Positions 40,755 through 49,549 of a DNA stretch of 64,000 nucleotides are shown here, piece after piece. The notes under the pieces are model-generated. The model ran no database searches. It had not been told where the DNA came from and worked only from the letters and a program-made list of their open reading frames with translations. The first letter of the stretch is position 1. Each line of letters starts with the position of its first letter. Source of the stretch: an uncultured cyanobacterium (GTDB taxonomy: Bacteria > Cyanobacteriota > Cyanobacteriia > Cyanobacteriales > CAWUOF01); assembly GCA_963744145.1 (NCBI GenBank), contig CAVUSO010000001.1, positions 4,160,001 through 4,224,000 of the forward strand. The letters run 5' to 3'. The translations under genes were made by a program, and so were the position numbers.

Positions 40755-43286
40755 TTAGGACAAATGAGAATTAAGCTTAGTTAGAAGTAAAGCTAAATTT
40801 TTCCGAGTGGTGCGAGTGTAAGGATGATCAACACCCAAACTGCGATCGCAGATATCTAAAGCTTGTACATATAAAGATTGCGCTTCTTGATCCCGTCCTT
40901 GAGCGTAATAGAGAGCAGCCAAATTGTTAAAACTATAGCCAACACTGGGGTCATCTTCACCCAAAAATCTTTTTCTGAGTTCTAAAGCTTCTAAATACAA
41001 GGGTTCTGCTTCCTGATAGCGTCCTTGAGCATAATAAATAGACGCTAAATTATTCAATCCAAAAGCAATATGGGGATGATGATCTAAGGAATTTCTCCAG
41101 ATCGTCAAAGCTTCTTGCTCGATTAATTCAGCTTGCTCATAATTACCTTTAATTTGGTACAGATACGCCAAATTATTCAAGTTGGATGCTACTTCTGGGT
41201 GGGTTTCTCCCAGTAAACCTTTAGTCAGTGCTAAAGCTTGTTTAAACAGGGATTCAGCCTCATGATAGCGACCCTGAACTTGATAAATTGCCGCTAAATT
41301 ATTCATACTGGTAGCGACAGCTATATGTTCCGCTCCCAAACGCTGCTTCACTGTTTCCAAACCTTGCTCAAACCAGGATTCAGCCAAATCCGGAGCTATT
41401 CCTGCATAAAAACGGCCCAAAGCTGTATAGGGCCAAATTAAATCATCATGACTCAAGTAATCTTTTAGACTTGTCGTCAGTTCCTCAATATGGGGTACAA
41501 GCAATAAGAGATTAGCGATCGCGGGTCTAGTGGGTAACTCAGAAGTTTCCCGAGCTACAGCCACAATTGCACGAGCAAACATCCGTTTAAAATTCGATGA
41601 ATATTCAGTCTGGGCTAGCTTATGCTGGAAAAATTGACGAATGGAATAGTGCAGACGATAGACTTCCTCGCCACTACACTGTAAGAGACAGCGATTTATT
41701 AAAGTAGTACGAGCTGTGATCAAAGCTTCGCGATTAATTTCTCCATCGGGGGAAAATTCTCTGACCACTTGTTCAATCAAAGACCAAGGGATGGGATTAA
41801 CTGCAAATAAGCTTAATAAAATCCCAAACTGTTGAGCTTGGGGTTCTAATCGTTCCCAAGTTAAATTAAAAGCAGCAGCTAAAGCTTCTGGAATAGTGAC
41901 TTGATGCTGGGTATCACCATGATCCCCATGGGAGACTTGATGCTCTAGGCGTTTTGCTTGTAACCTTAGTAGCATTTGTTCTAGGGAAATTTGGGACTCT
42001 AGGCTGATATAACTAGCGACTAAGTTTAAACTTAATGGTAAATAGCCGAGCCATTCGCATAACTGTTCCGCTCCCGTCAGATCAGACTCGGATGACTCTA
42101 CACCTAACCTGAGTGTCAATAACTCTAGTGCTGCTGAAGGGTTGAGCATCCCCAAGGAAATCTGTTGTAATGATGGTTCTTGCTGTAATCGGGTGGAGAT
42201 CAAGACTTTAAAACGAGATGTATCTGGTGGTAAATAAGAGCGAATCTGAGAATAGTTAATTAAATCATCCAATACCACTAAGACGGGACTAGGATCTTCT
42301 GGTTGGGACAGGGAGTCGGGTTTGGGCCAATGATGCCAACACCATAACACTTTGGAGCTGAGGGTTTGATTTTCCAGAAAATTAAAATCGGGAAACTGCG
42401 ATCGCACAAATTCCACAATTTGCACTCCTACATCCGCTCCTTTAGCCATTAACCAGCATACTCCTCCCTGGTAATGTTCTAAAAACTGGACTGCGTACTG
42501 GATCGCCAATTCCGTTTTACCAACCCCACCCACATTTATCCCAGGGACGATGGCGACCAGGCCATATTGTTGTAATAGTTCATGTATAGTCTGGAGTTCT
42601 TTTTCTCGTCCCACCAACTTGATCACATTGCTGTCAGGAATATTTTGGGATAAGTTCGCTCGTAAAGACTTGTCAACCATATAAGACCACCGAGAAGCTT
42701 CTGATTGGATATCCGCGATTAGTTGTGGTGAATCTGCTGGAATTTCTAGATTTTCAGATGTTGATGTCATTTCCACAACTGGTTGGGTGTGATTCTCCAC
42801 TGATAATATTTGATCTTGGCTCTGGGATGTTGTTTCTATAGCTATATTTCGGTTTACTGAGGTTATTTCTGGAGTTGGACTCTCTTCCCATTGTCCAGTT
42901 TTACAGTTTTGCCAATGTTGATCGAAACGACTTAAATTGGTGGTCTGATCCAGTGACCATAACTTGAGCTGAAATTTCCATTCTAGCGATCGCTTGGGGT
43001 GAAGACCTTGATCCTCTAAAAGATGCAAAAAATCTTTTAGTAGTTGCAGGACCTGTCTAATTTGCTCACGACTTAACTTACCTGGGTATTTATCTTTAAC
43101 AGTTAATTCTTCCAGAAACCTAATTTCGGTCTGAACGACTAAAAAATAACTATCGATGCTTTCGGTTAACCAACTTACTTCTAGTTGGTCAATTTTACCG
43201 ATTTCGCCATTAGCATAAGCCAACAATGCTGCTAATAAGCGCTTTACCCTTGCTCGAACCCGATCACCAGTGCTATAGTGCGGCAT
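40755..43286 (-). CDS. STAND (NB-ARC-like) NTPase with C-terminal TPR repeats
   Basis: Walker A 'GGVGKTELA', Walker B 'LVVLDDL', 'LGYLPL', TPR_10/12-like repeats 'NNLAxxYxxQGRYxEAE'. Confidence 0.88.
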   Translation of the reverse strand: MPHYSTGDRVRARVKRLLAALLAYANGEIGKIDQLEVSWLTESIDSYFLVVQTEIRFLEELTVKDKYPGKLSREQIRQVLQLLKDFLHLLEDQGLHPKRSLEWKFQLKLWSLDQTTNLSRFDQHWQNCKTGQWEESPTPEITSVNRNIAIETTSQSQDQILSVENHTQPVVEMTSTSENLEIPADSPQLIADIQSEASRWSYMVDKSLRANLSQNIPDSNVIKLVGREKELQTIHELLQQYGLVAIVPGINVGGVGKTELAIQYAVQFLEHYQGGVCWLMAKGADVGVQIVEFVRSQFPDFNFLENQTLSSKVLWCWHHWPKPDSLSQPEDPSPVLVVLDDLINYSQIRSYLPPDTSRFKVLISTRLQQEPSLQQISLGMLNPSAALELLTLRLGVESSESDLTGAEQLCEWLGYLPLSLNLVASYISLESQISLEQMLLRLQAKRLEHQVSHGDHGDTQHQVTIPEALAAAFNLTWERLEPQAQQFGILLSLFAVNPIPWSLIEQVVREFSPDGEINREALITARTTLINRCLLQCSGEEVYRLHYSIRQFFQHKLAQTEYSSNFKRMFARAIVAVARETSELPTRPAIANLLLLVPHIEELTTSLKDYLSHDDLIWPYTALGRFYAGIAPDLAESWFEQGLETVKQRLGAEHIAVATSMNNLAAIYQVQGRYHEAESLFKQALALTKGLLGETHPEVASNLNNLAYLYQIKGNYEQAELIEQEALTIWRNSLDHHPHIAFGLNNLASIYYAQGRYQEAEPLYLEALELRKRFLGEDDPSVGYSFNNLAALYYAQGRDQEAQSLYVQALDICDRSLGVDHPYTRTTRKNLALLLTKLNSHLS

Positions 43287-43697
43287 AACTCACGTCCAGA
43301 AATTGATCCTGACTAGGGACGAATGCGTGACAATCAAGGAATTCCTGATGGTCAGCAGAAATGGGGAAATTTGCCCTTTAATCTACTTATTACAGAAAAA
43401 TTTACAGTATATACGATTGCAGCTCTGGCAATTCAATTCTGGATCAGAAGACCAGCTAGGAGAGGAGAGAGTGGGACAGAACCTAAAATTAGGTTAGTTA
43501 GCTGATAGAAGTTCAAATCTCAGTAACCAATAGTCGGGATGTAAAGTAATAGCGTACACTGATTTTTGATTAAGCTGTCAGGTACTGAAAGATTCAAGAG
43601 CTATGGAAATTGGGGTTAGCAATCCGTTATTCTGCATATCTGTCGCTTAATTGAATCTAGAAATAGATCTGGAAGTCCAGATTCCCATAAAGAACAT

Positions 43698-45522
43698 ATG
43701 CCAACTTTTCGTTATCGTTTTCGCTCTGGGATCAATGGTTTCATCGTGATGAGTATGGGAACAGCGATCGCGATCAGTTATATTCAACCCAGTATCGCTC
43801 AAGCCAAACCAGGAACTGAAGCATCCCCAACTGCAATAGATCCGTCCACCATCCATCAAATCAGTTCTAATCACCCTAGGGTCGAACAATCCCCAACTCC
43901 GGTGGTTCCAGTCCAAAACTCAACCCTAGCTGCTCCAGAAGACAATGAGAGTCAATCCACCAATACATTTGTTCCGGTCCAAAGTTTAATTCCAACTTCC
44001 CAGGACAAAAATCGGAGTCAACCCCAGCAGCTAGTTATTCCAGTCCAAAACCCAAAATTAACGCCCAGCAACTACAATAGAAGTGAAATTACCAATGTGG
44101 TAGTTCCAGTCCCAAGTCTGACCACCACTCCCACGGACAAAAATATCGCTCAATCTAATGGTGTGGTGAGTCCATCTTCCAATAGTAACCAAAATACATA
44201 TTTTTCTAATCCACTTGATCCCAATTCCAACGAGTTACAGTTTCCGACTAAACCTTATGAAGTCAGGATTGAGAACAATCGTCCCATTACCTTACAAGAA
44301 GCCCTAGAACTATCTAGACGTAACAACCCCAGTTTAAAGGTAGCGCAATTAACCCTAGACAAATCCCGCAAAGCTTTACGTCAAGCTCTAGCTGCTGAGT
44401 ATCCTCAAGTTAATCTCAGTTCAACGATCGCTCGCAGTGAGAACAATACGGAAACGGCAACAATTAACAATCCCACTAACTTTTCCCGCACTTTAAATGG
44501 TACAGTTGAACTCAGTTACAATGTTTATACTGCTGGTCACCGCCGGGCAACAATTCGTGCCGACTGAACGACAAGCCCGCTATAATGAACTAGACTTAGA
44601 GCGTCAAAACGAACAAAACCGTTTAGATGTGACTACAGCTTACTACTCCCTCCAAAATTCCGATCAGCAAGCGCGGATTTATGAAGCTGCGGTCATCAAC
44701 GCTCAACAAAGTTTGCGAGATGCCCAAAACTTGGAGCGAGCTGGTGTTGGGACTAAGTTTGATGTCCTGAGCGCTCAAGTCCAATTAGCTAATCAAATCC
44801 AAAGTCTGACTAATGCTAAACGAGATCAACGCACTAATCAGCGTTTATTAGGTCAACTGTTAAATTTGCCTCAGTCTGCTAATGTGACTGCGGCAGATCC
44901 AGTTCAAATTGCAGGTATTTGGGAACTTTCCCTTGAGGATAGTATTGTCTTAGCATATAAAAATCGGGCTGAACTAGAACAGCTATTAGTCCAAGGAGAA
45001 ATTGCTGAACAAAATCGACGCATCGCGATCTCGGCAATTAGCCCCCAAGTCAGTGTCTTTTTTGACTATAACGTCAGTGATGCTTTTGACGATTCTCTCC
45101 GTCCAGTCAATGGTTATAGTCTGGGGGCGAGATTACAATGGAATTTATTTGATGGTGGAAATGCGACTTATAGTGCTGCTCAATCAGAAGTTGATCAGGC
45201 GATCGCCCAAGCGAATTTTGCTCAAGAACGTAACCAAGTAAGGGTTAATGTCGAAAGTTCTTTTTTTAACCTCCAAGCGAATTTTGAAAATATCCAAACT
45301 GCCCGACTGGGTTTAGATCAAGCTAAAGAAGCTCTCCGTTTAGCTAGGTTACGTTTTAAAGCTGGTGTTGGCACCCAAACTGATGTGATTAACTCAGAAA
45401 CTAGTCTCTCTACGGCTGAAGGTAATTTAGTTCAGGCGATCATTGGCTACAATCAAGCGCTTGCTTCTTTGCAACGTTATATTAGTAATTTGCCACTTCC
45501 CCCTAATACCACTACACCCTAA
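43698..45522 (+). pseudogene. TolC-family outer membrane efflux protein, split by a +1 frameshift at ~44563
   Basis: Two ORFs (43698-44567, 44497-45522) form one OEP protein; removing one base in GCC GAC TGA ACG gives GCC GCT GAA CGA (IRAAERQ). Confidence 0.8.
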
Positions 45523-45549
45523 ATTTTTGAGAAAAAAGGAAAATTTTTC

Positions 45550-45846
45550 ATGGCTAATATCACGTTTGACCGAGAAAACCGCGAAGTCATTGCGGCTGAT
45601 GGAGCTAATTTAAGGCTGAAAGCTGTGGAAAATGGGATTGATATTTATACGTTGGTGGGAAAGATGATGAATTGTGGGGGCTATGGTCAATGTGGCACCT
45701 GTATTGTGGAAATTGTGGAGGGGATCGAAAATTTATCACCTCGAACTGATTTTGAGCAGCGGAAATTAAAAAAGAAACCAGATAACTATCGTTTAGCCTG
45801 TCAAACTCGAGTTAATGGACCGATCAAAGTAAAAACTAAGCCTTAA
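45550..45846 (+). CDS. 2Fe-2S ferredoxin-like protein
   Basis: '[11 protein letters not shown]' ... 'RLACQ'. Confidence 0.92.
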   Translation: MANITFDRENREVIAADGANLRLKAVENGIDIYTLVGKMMNCGGYGQCGTCIVEIVEGIENLSPRTDFEQRKLKKKPDNYRLACQTRVNGPIKVKTKP

Positions 45847-45908
45847 CGAACCACCGAAAATGATATTCTAAAGCTGTCAATCTTCCCACCAGATTCAGGA
45901 GTAGTGCC

Positions 45909-46022
45909 ATGCAAGTTAACGAACTAGGGTTTGTTGCGACCATTCTGTTTATCTTAGTCCCAAGTGTGTTCTTATTGATTTTGTACATTCAAACAGCTAG
46001 TCGTACAGATTCCAAAAATTAG
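45909..46022 (+). CDS. psbM: Photosystem II reaction centre protein M (not in ORF track)
   Basis: Translates [45 protein letters not shown] upstream. Confidence 0.95.
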   Translation: MQVNELGFVATILFILVPSVFLLILYIQTASRTDSKN

Positions 46023-46053
46023 CAGATTTTCCTCCCTTGCTGCTGCAATTATT

Positions 46054-46088
46054 AAACAGCGTCCCGAACTGACCAGGGCGCTGTTTTT
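46054..46088. terminator. Hairpin terminator between psbM and the convergent usp gene
   Basis: AAACAGCGTCC..GGGCGCTGTTTTT stem with T tail. Confidence 0.65.
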
Positions 46089-46115
46089 GTGAGGTGGGGA
46101 TCACAATTTGATTGA

Positions 46116-46949
46116 TTAAGTACCAGTCCGAGCTAATAAAACTGGACAATTAGCCTTGACCCTCACATAATCGGATTGAGAAGACCCTAATAATCGATCC
46201 AAATCCACGATTCCCCTCGCGATCGAAGGACGACGATCAGGAGACCCAATCATTAATAAATCAACATTCAACTCATCAGCAATCCGACAGATTTCTTCCC
46301 CAACTTTACCTTGGGCAGAAATCGGACGACAGGCAATTCCCAACTGATTTGCTTGATTGATCACTGGTGTTAAAATTGGGTCTTGTTCAGCTGACACGGC
46401 TTTTAAACTCGGTGGGACAATATGAACCGGAATTAACTGTCCGTTTTTAATGTCCCGTAACAGAAAGATCGCTAGTTTTAACGCTTGTTGGGCAGCATCA
46501 GACCCATCGATCGCTACCATGATCCGGTTGATCGGTTTAACATAGATATCGTCTTTTACCAATAGCATCGGACGAGTGGTTAACTGGAACACATACTGAC
46601 TGACGGAGTTGTCCAAGATCGCTTGGAGTCGTCCTAATGCTCTCGATCCCATAATAATCAGGTCAGCTTGTTCTTCATCTGCTACTTGACAAACAATATC
46701 TTTGGGGTCTCCCTGTTTCAGTCTGGCACTCACCTGATTTGGGTCTAAATTAAAAAATTGGATCGCTTTAGCGAGAATTTGACCCCCTTCTGCTAACTTA
46801 GCCGACATGGCTGTAGCTGATGCTTGATCAGGAACAACGTGCAAAACCGTAACAGTTGCTCGTTGAATGGAAGGAATCTCCATTAAATATTTGAGCATTT
46901 CTTCACACAAACCGCGCCCTGCAACGGCTACCAAAATTTTTTTGATCAT
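46116..46949 (-). CDS. Tandem universal stress protein
   Basis: Two Usp domains: 'KKILVAV..DLIIMGSR' and 'RIMVAIDGS..DLLMIGS'. Confidence 0.9.
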   Translation of the reverse strand: MIKKILVAVAGRGLCEEMLKYLMEIPSIQRATVTVLHVVPDQASATAMSAKLAEGGQILAKAIQFFNLDPNQVSARLKQGDPKDIVCQVADEEQADLIIMGSRALGRLQAILDNSVSQYVFQLTTRPMLLVKDDIYVKPINRIMVAIDGSDAAQQALKLAIFLLRDIKNGQLIPVHIVPPSLKAVSAEQDPILTPVINQANQLGIACRPISAQGKVGEEICRIADELNVDLLMIGSPDRRPSIARGIVDLDRLLGSSQSDYVRVKANCPVLLARTGT

Positions 46950-47089
46950 AGTTCTTTCTCCCAAATCACGGTAGGTCGGTATATTTAGATCACTAACTTA
47001 ATTAAAACTAAGTAGTGATTAAAACTTAGATACCCTTAAGATCAGCATAAACCTGAATATATGTTTAGAACCTTGCATAATCTATAGTT

Positions 47090-47596
47090 TTGAAACAGAT
47101 TGTCAAAATGTCAGAACCAATACAGCCTTTTTCGTTCTCGACTGGTATAATTCAGAACTCCTCGTCTCCCCTGACTGACAGTTGGTTTGAATACCCAGTT
47201 CGCGCTCAACCCCACCATACCGACTATACTGGTGCAGTTTGGCATGGTGCTTATTTGACCTGGATGGAGGAAGCAAGGGTAGAATGTTTGCGATCGCTTG
47301 GGATTGAATACTCAAATTTGGTCGCGATCGGCTGCGATTTACTGGTTGTAGAAATATCTTTACGTTACCATCGTGCGATTAAAATGGGAATGTCAGCCCT
47401 AGTCAAAACTCGGATGGCCAATCTTAATGGAGTCCGGCTGAATTGGGATTATCAAATTGAAGCGTCCGATCGGCAAGAGTTATATCTTAGTGGTATAGTT
47501 ACTTTAGTTGCAGTCGATCGGGAAAAAGGTAAAATTCTCCGTCAGTTACCCCCGACAGTTCAAGATATCTTCGCTAGATTGATTCAAAATAAATAA
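47090..47596 (+). CDS. Acyl-CoA thioesterase (YbgC/4HBT-like)
   Basis: 'HTDYTGAVWHGAYLTWMEEAR' hot-dog fold motif; start may be ATG 47108. Confidence 0.88.
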   Translation: MKQIVKMSEPIQPFSFSTGIIQNSSSPLTDSWFEYPVRAQPHHTDYTGAVWHGAYLTWMEEARVECLRSLGIEYSNLVAIGCDLLVVEISLRYHRAIKMGMSALVKTRMANLNGVRLNWDYQIEASDRQELYLSGIVTLVAVDREKGKILRQLPPTVQDIFARLIQNK

Positions 47597-47731
47597 TCTG
47601 GATTCAGGTATTAGGAAAAATCCCTAATACTTGAACCTTAGTTCAAATTGATATCTACTCATTCCAATTAATTATTGGTAATTGTCTGGACGCCAATATT
47701 ATTTTTTTTTCTTCACTTCTTCTGATCATAG

Positions 47732-49300
47732 TGCTAATATTCCTCTGTATTATTACGCAATCCGGTGCCGTTAACTGTAGGGGCAAAGCATTTCGGCGCA
47801 TCAATAATTGGCCAAACGAAGGATAATATTACCGAAATGCTTTGCCCTTACCATCTATGCAGCCAACCGATCAACTATATATAGGACAATACGGTTCAGT
47901 TAAGATTTTTTTTGGAGATATCGGCGAAGAAGGGCGAAGCATTCGGATATAATATTAACTTGTTTAAGTGATAAATTATCGCCCGAATGCTTCGCCCCTA
48001 CCATCAACTGAACTAAAATGCAAAAATATGTATGTGAAACCTGTTGCTAATATTCCTCTGTATTATTACACAATCCGGTGCAGTTCACTGTAGGGGCAAA
48101 GCATTTCGGCGCATCAATAATTGGCCAAACGAAGGATAATATTACCGAAATGCTTTGCCCTTACCATCTATGCAGCCAACCGATCAACTATATATAGGAC
48201 TTCAGTTAAGATTTTTTTTTGGGAGATATCGGCGAAGAAGGGCGAAGCATTCGGATCTAATATTAACGGCCCTTCGACTACGCTCAGGGTAAAATTTAAG
48301 TGATCAATTATCGCCCGAATGCTTCGCCCCTACCATCAACTGAACTAAAATGCAAAAATATGTATGTGAAACCTGTTGCTAATATTCCTCTGTATTATTA
48401 CGCAATCCGGTGCCGTTAACTGTAGGGGCAAAGCATTTCGGCGCATCAATAATTGGCCAAACGAAGGATAATATTACCGAAATGCGAGAGCCCTTACCAT
48501 CTATGCAGCCAACCGATCAACTATATATAGGACTTCAGTTAAGATTTTTTTTGGGAGATATCGGCGAAGAAGGGCGAAGCATTCGGATATAATATTAACT
48601 TGTTTAAGTGATAAATTATCGCCCGAATGCTTCGCCCCTACCATTAACTGAACTAAAATGCAAAAATATGTATGTGAAACCTGTTGCTAATATTCCTCTG
48701 TATTATTACGCAATCCGGTGCAGTTAACTGTAGGGGCAAAGCATTTCGGCGCATAAATAATTGGCCAAACGAAGGATAATATTACCGAAATGCTTTGCCC
48801 TTACCATCTATGCAGCCAACCGATCAACTATATATAGGACTTCAGTTAAGATTTTTTTTGGGAGATATCGGCGAAGAAGGGCGAAGCATTCGGATCTAAT
48901 ATTAACAGGTTTAAGTGATCAATTATCGCCCGAATGCTTCGCCCCTACCATCAACTGAACTAAAATGCAAAAATATGTATGTGAAACCTGTTGCTAATAT
49001 TCCTCTGTATTATTACGCAATCCGGTGCAGTTCACTGTAGGGGCAAAGCATTTCGGCGCATCAATAATTGGCCAAACGAAGGATAATATTACCGAAATGC
49101 TTTGCCCTTACCATCTATGCAGCCAACCGATCAACTATATATAGGACTTCAGTTAAGATTTTTTTTGGAGATATCGGCGAAGAAGAAGGGCGAAGCATTC
49201 GGATATAATATTAACTTGTTTAAGTGATAAATTATCGCCCGAATGCTTCGCCCCTACCATCAACTGAACTAAAATGCAAAAATATGTATGTGAAACCTGT
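47732..49300 (+). repeat. Tandem array of five 307-332 bp units, each a REP-like double hairpin plus the 5' end of the rubredoxin gene
   Basis: Units start TGCTAATATTCCTCTG at 47732, 48045, 48377, 48685, 48992 and end GAAACCTGT. Confidence 0.95.
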
Positions 49301-49435
49301 GGTCATATTTATGATCCAGCGGAAGGTGACCCAGATGGAGATATAGCTCCAGGTACACCCTTTGAAGATATCCCCGATGACTGGGTATGTCCTGTTTGTG
49401 GGGTATCAAAAAGCGATTTTAGCCCTGAAAAATAA
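49274..49435 (+). CDS. Rubredoxin (not in ORF track)
   Basis: [53 protein letters not shown], two CxxC motifs. Confidence 0.95.
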   Translation: MQKYVCETCGHIYDPAEGDPDGDIAPGTPFEDIPDDWVCPVCGVSKSDFSPEK

Positions 49436-49441
49436 TTTATA

Positions 49442-49520
49442 GCGGTTCTCAATGAGAGTGAGGTAAACTTTTAACTTGGAAAACCTTTCTCTGCTTACCT
49501 TTAATTTCCTTGAGAACCGC
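49442..49520. repeat. Small inverted-repeat (MITE-like) element
   Basis: GCGGTTCTCAA (49442-49452) / TTGAGAACCGC (49510-49520) perfect 11-bp IR, plus inner AGGTAA/TTACCT. Confidence 0.6.
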
Positions 49521-49549
49521 GCTGTTTAATTTGAGGGAAACTCCAGTAA

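Noticed and set aside
43303..43505. Two short overlapping ORFs between the STAND gene and tolC
   Set aside because: No motifs, weak starts, likely divergent promoter region
48121..48958. Short ORFs 48121-48303, 48410-48592, 48761-48958
   Set aside because: They lie wholly in the repeat and their frames change with T-run length between units; likely spurious
47732..49300. CRISPR array interpretation of the ~310-bp repeats
   Set aside because: Whole units are repeated, there are no unique spacers, units are far too long and no cas genes are in the window
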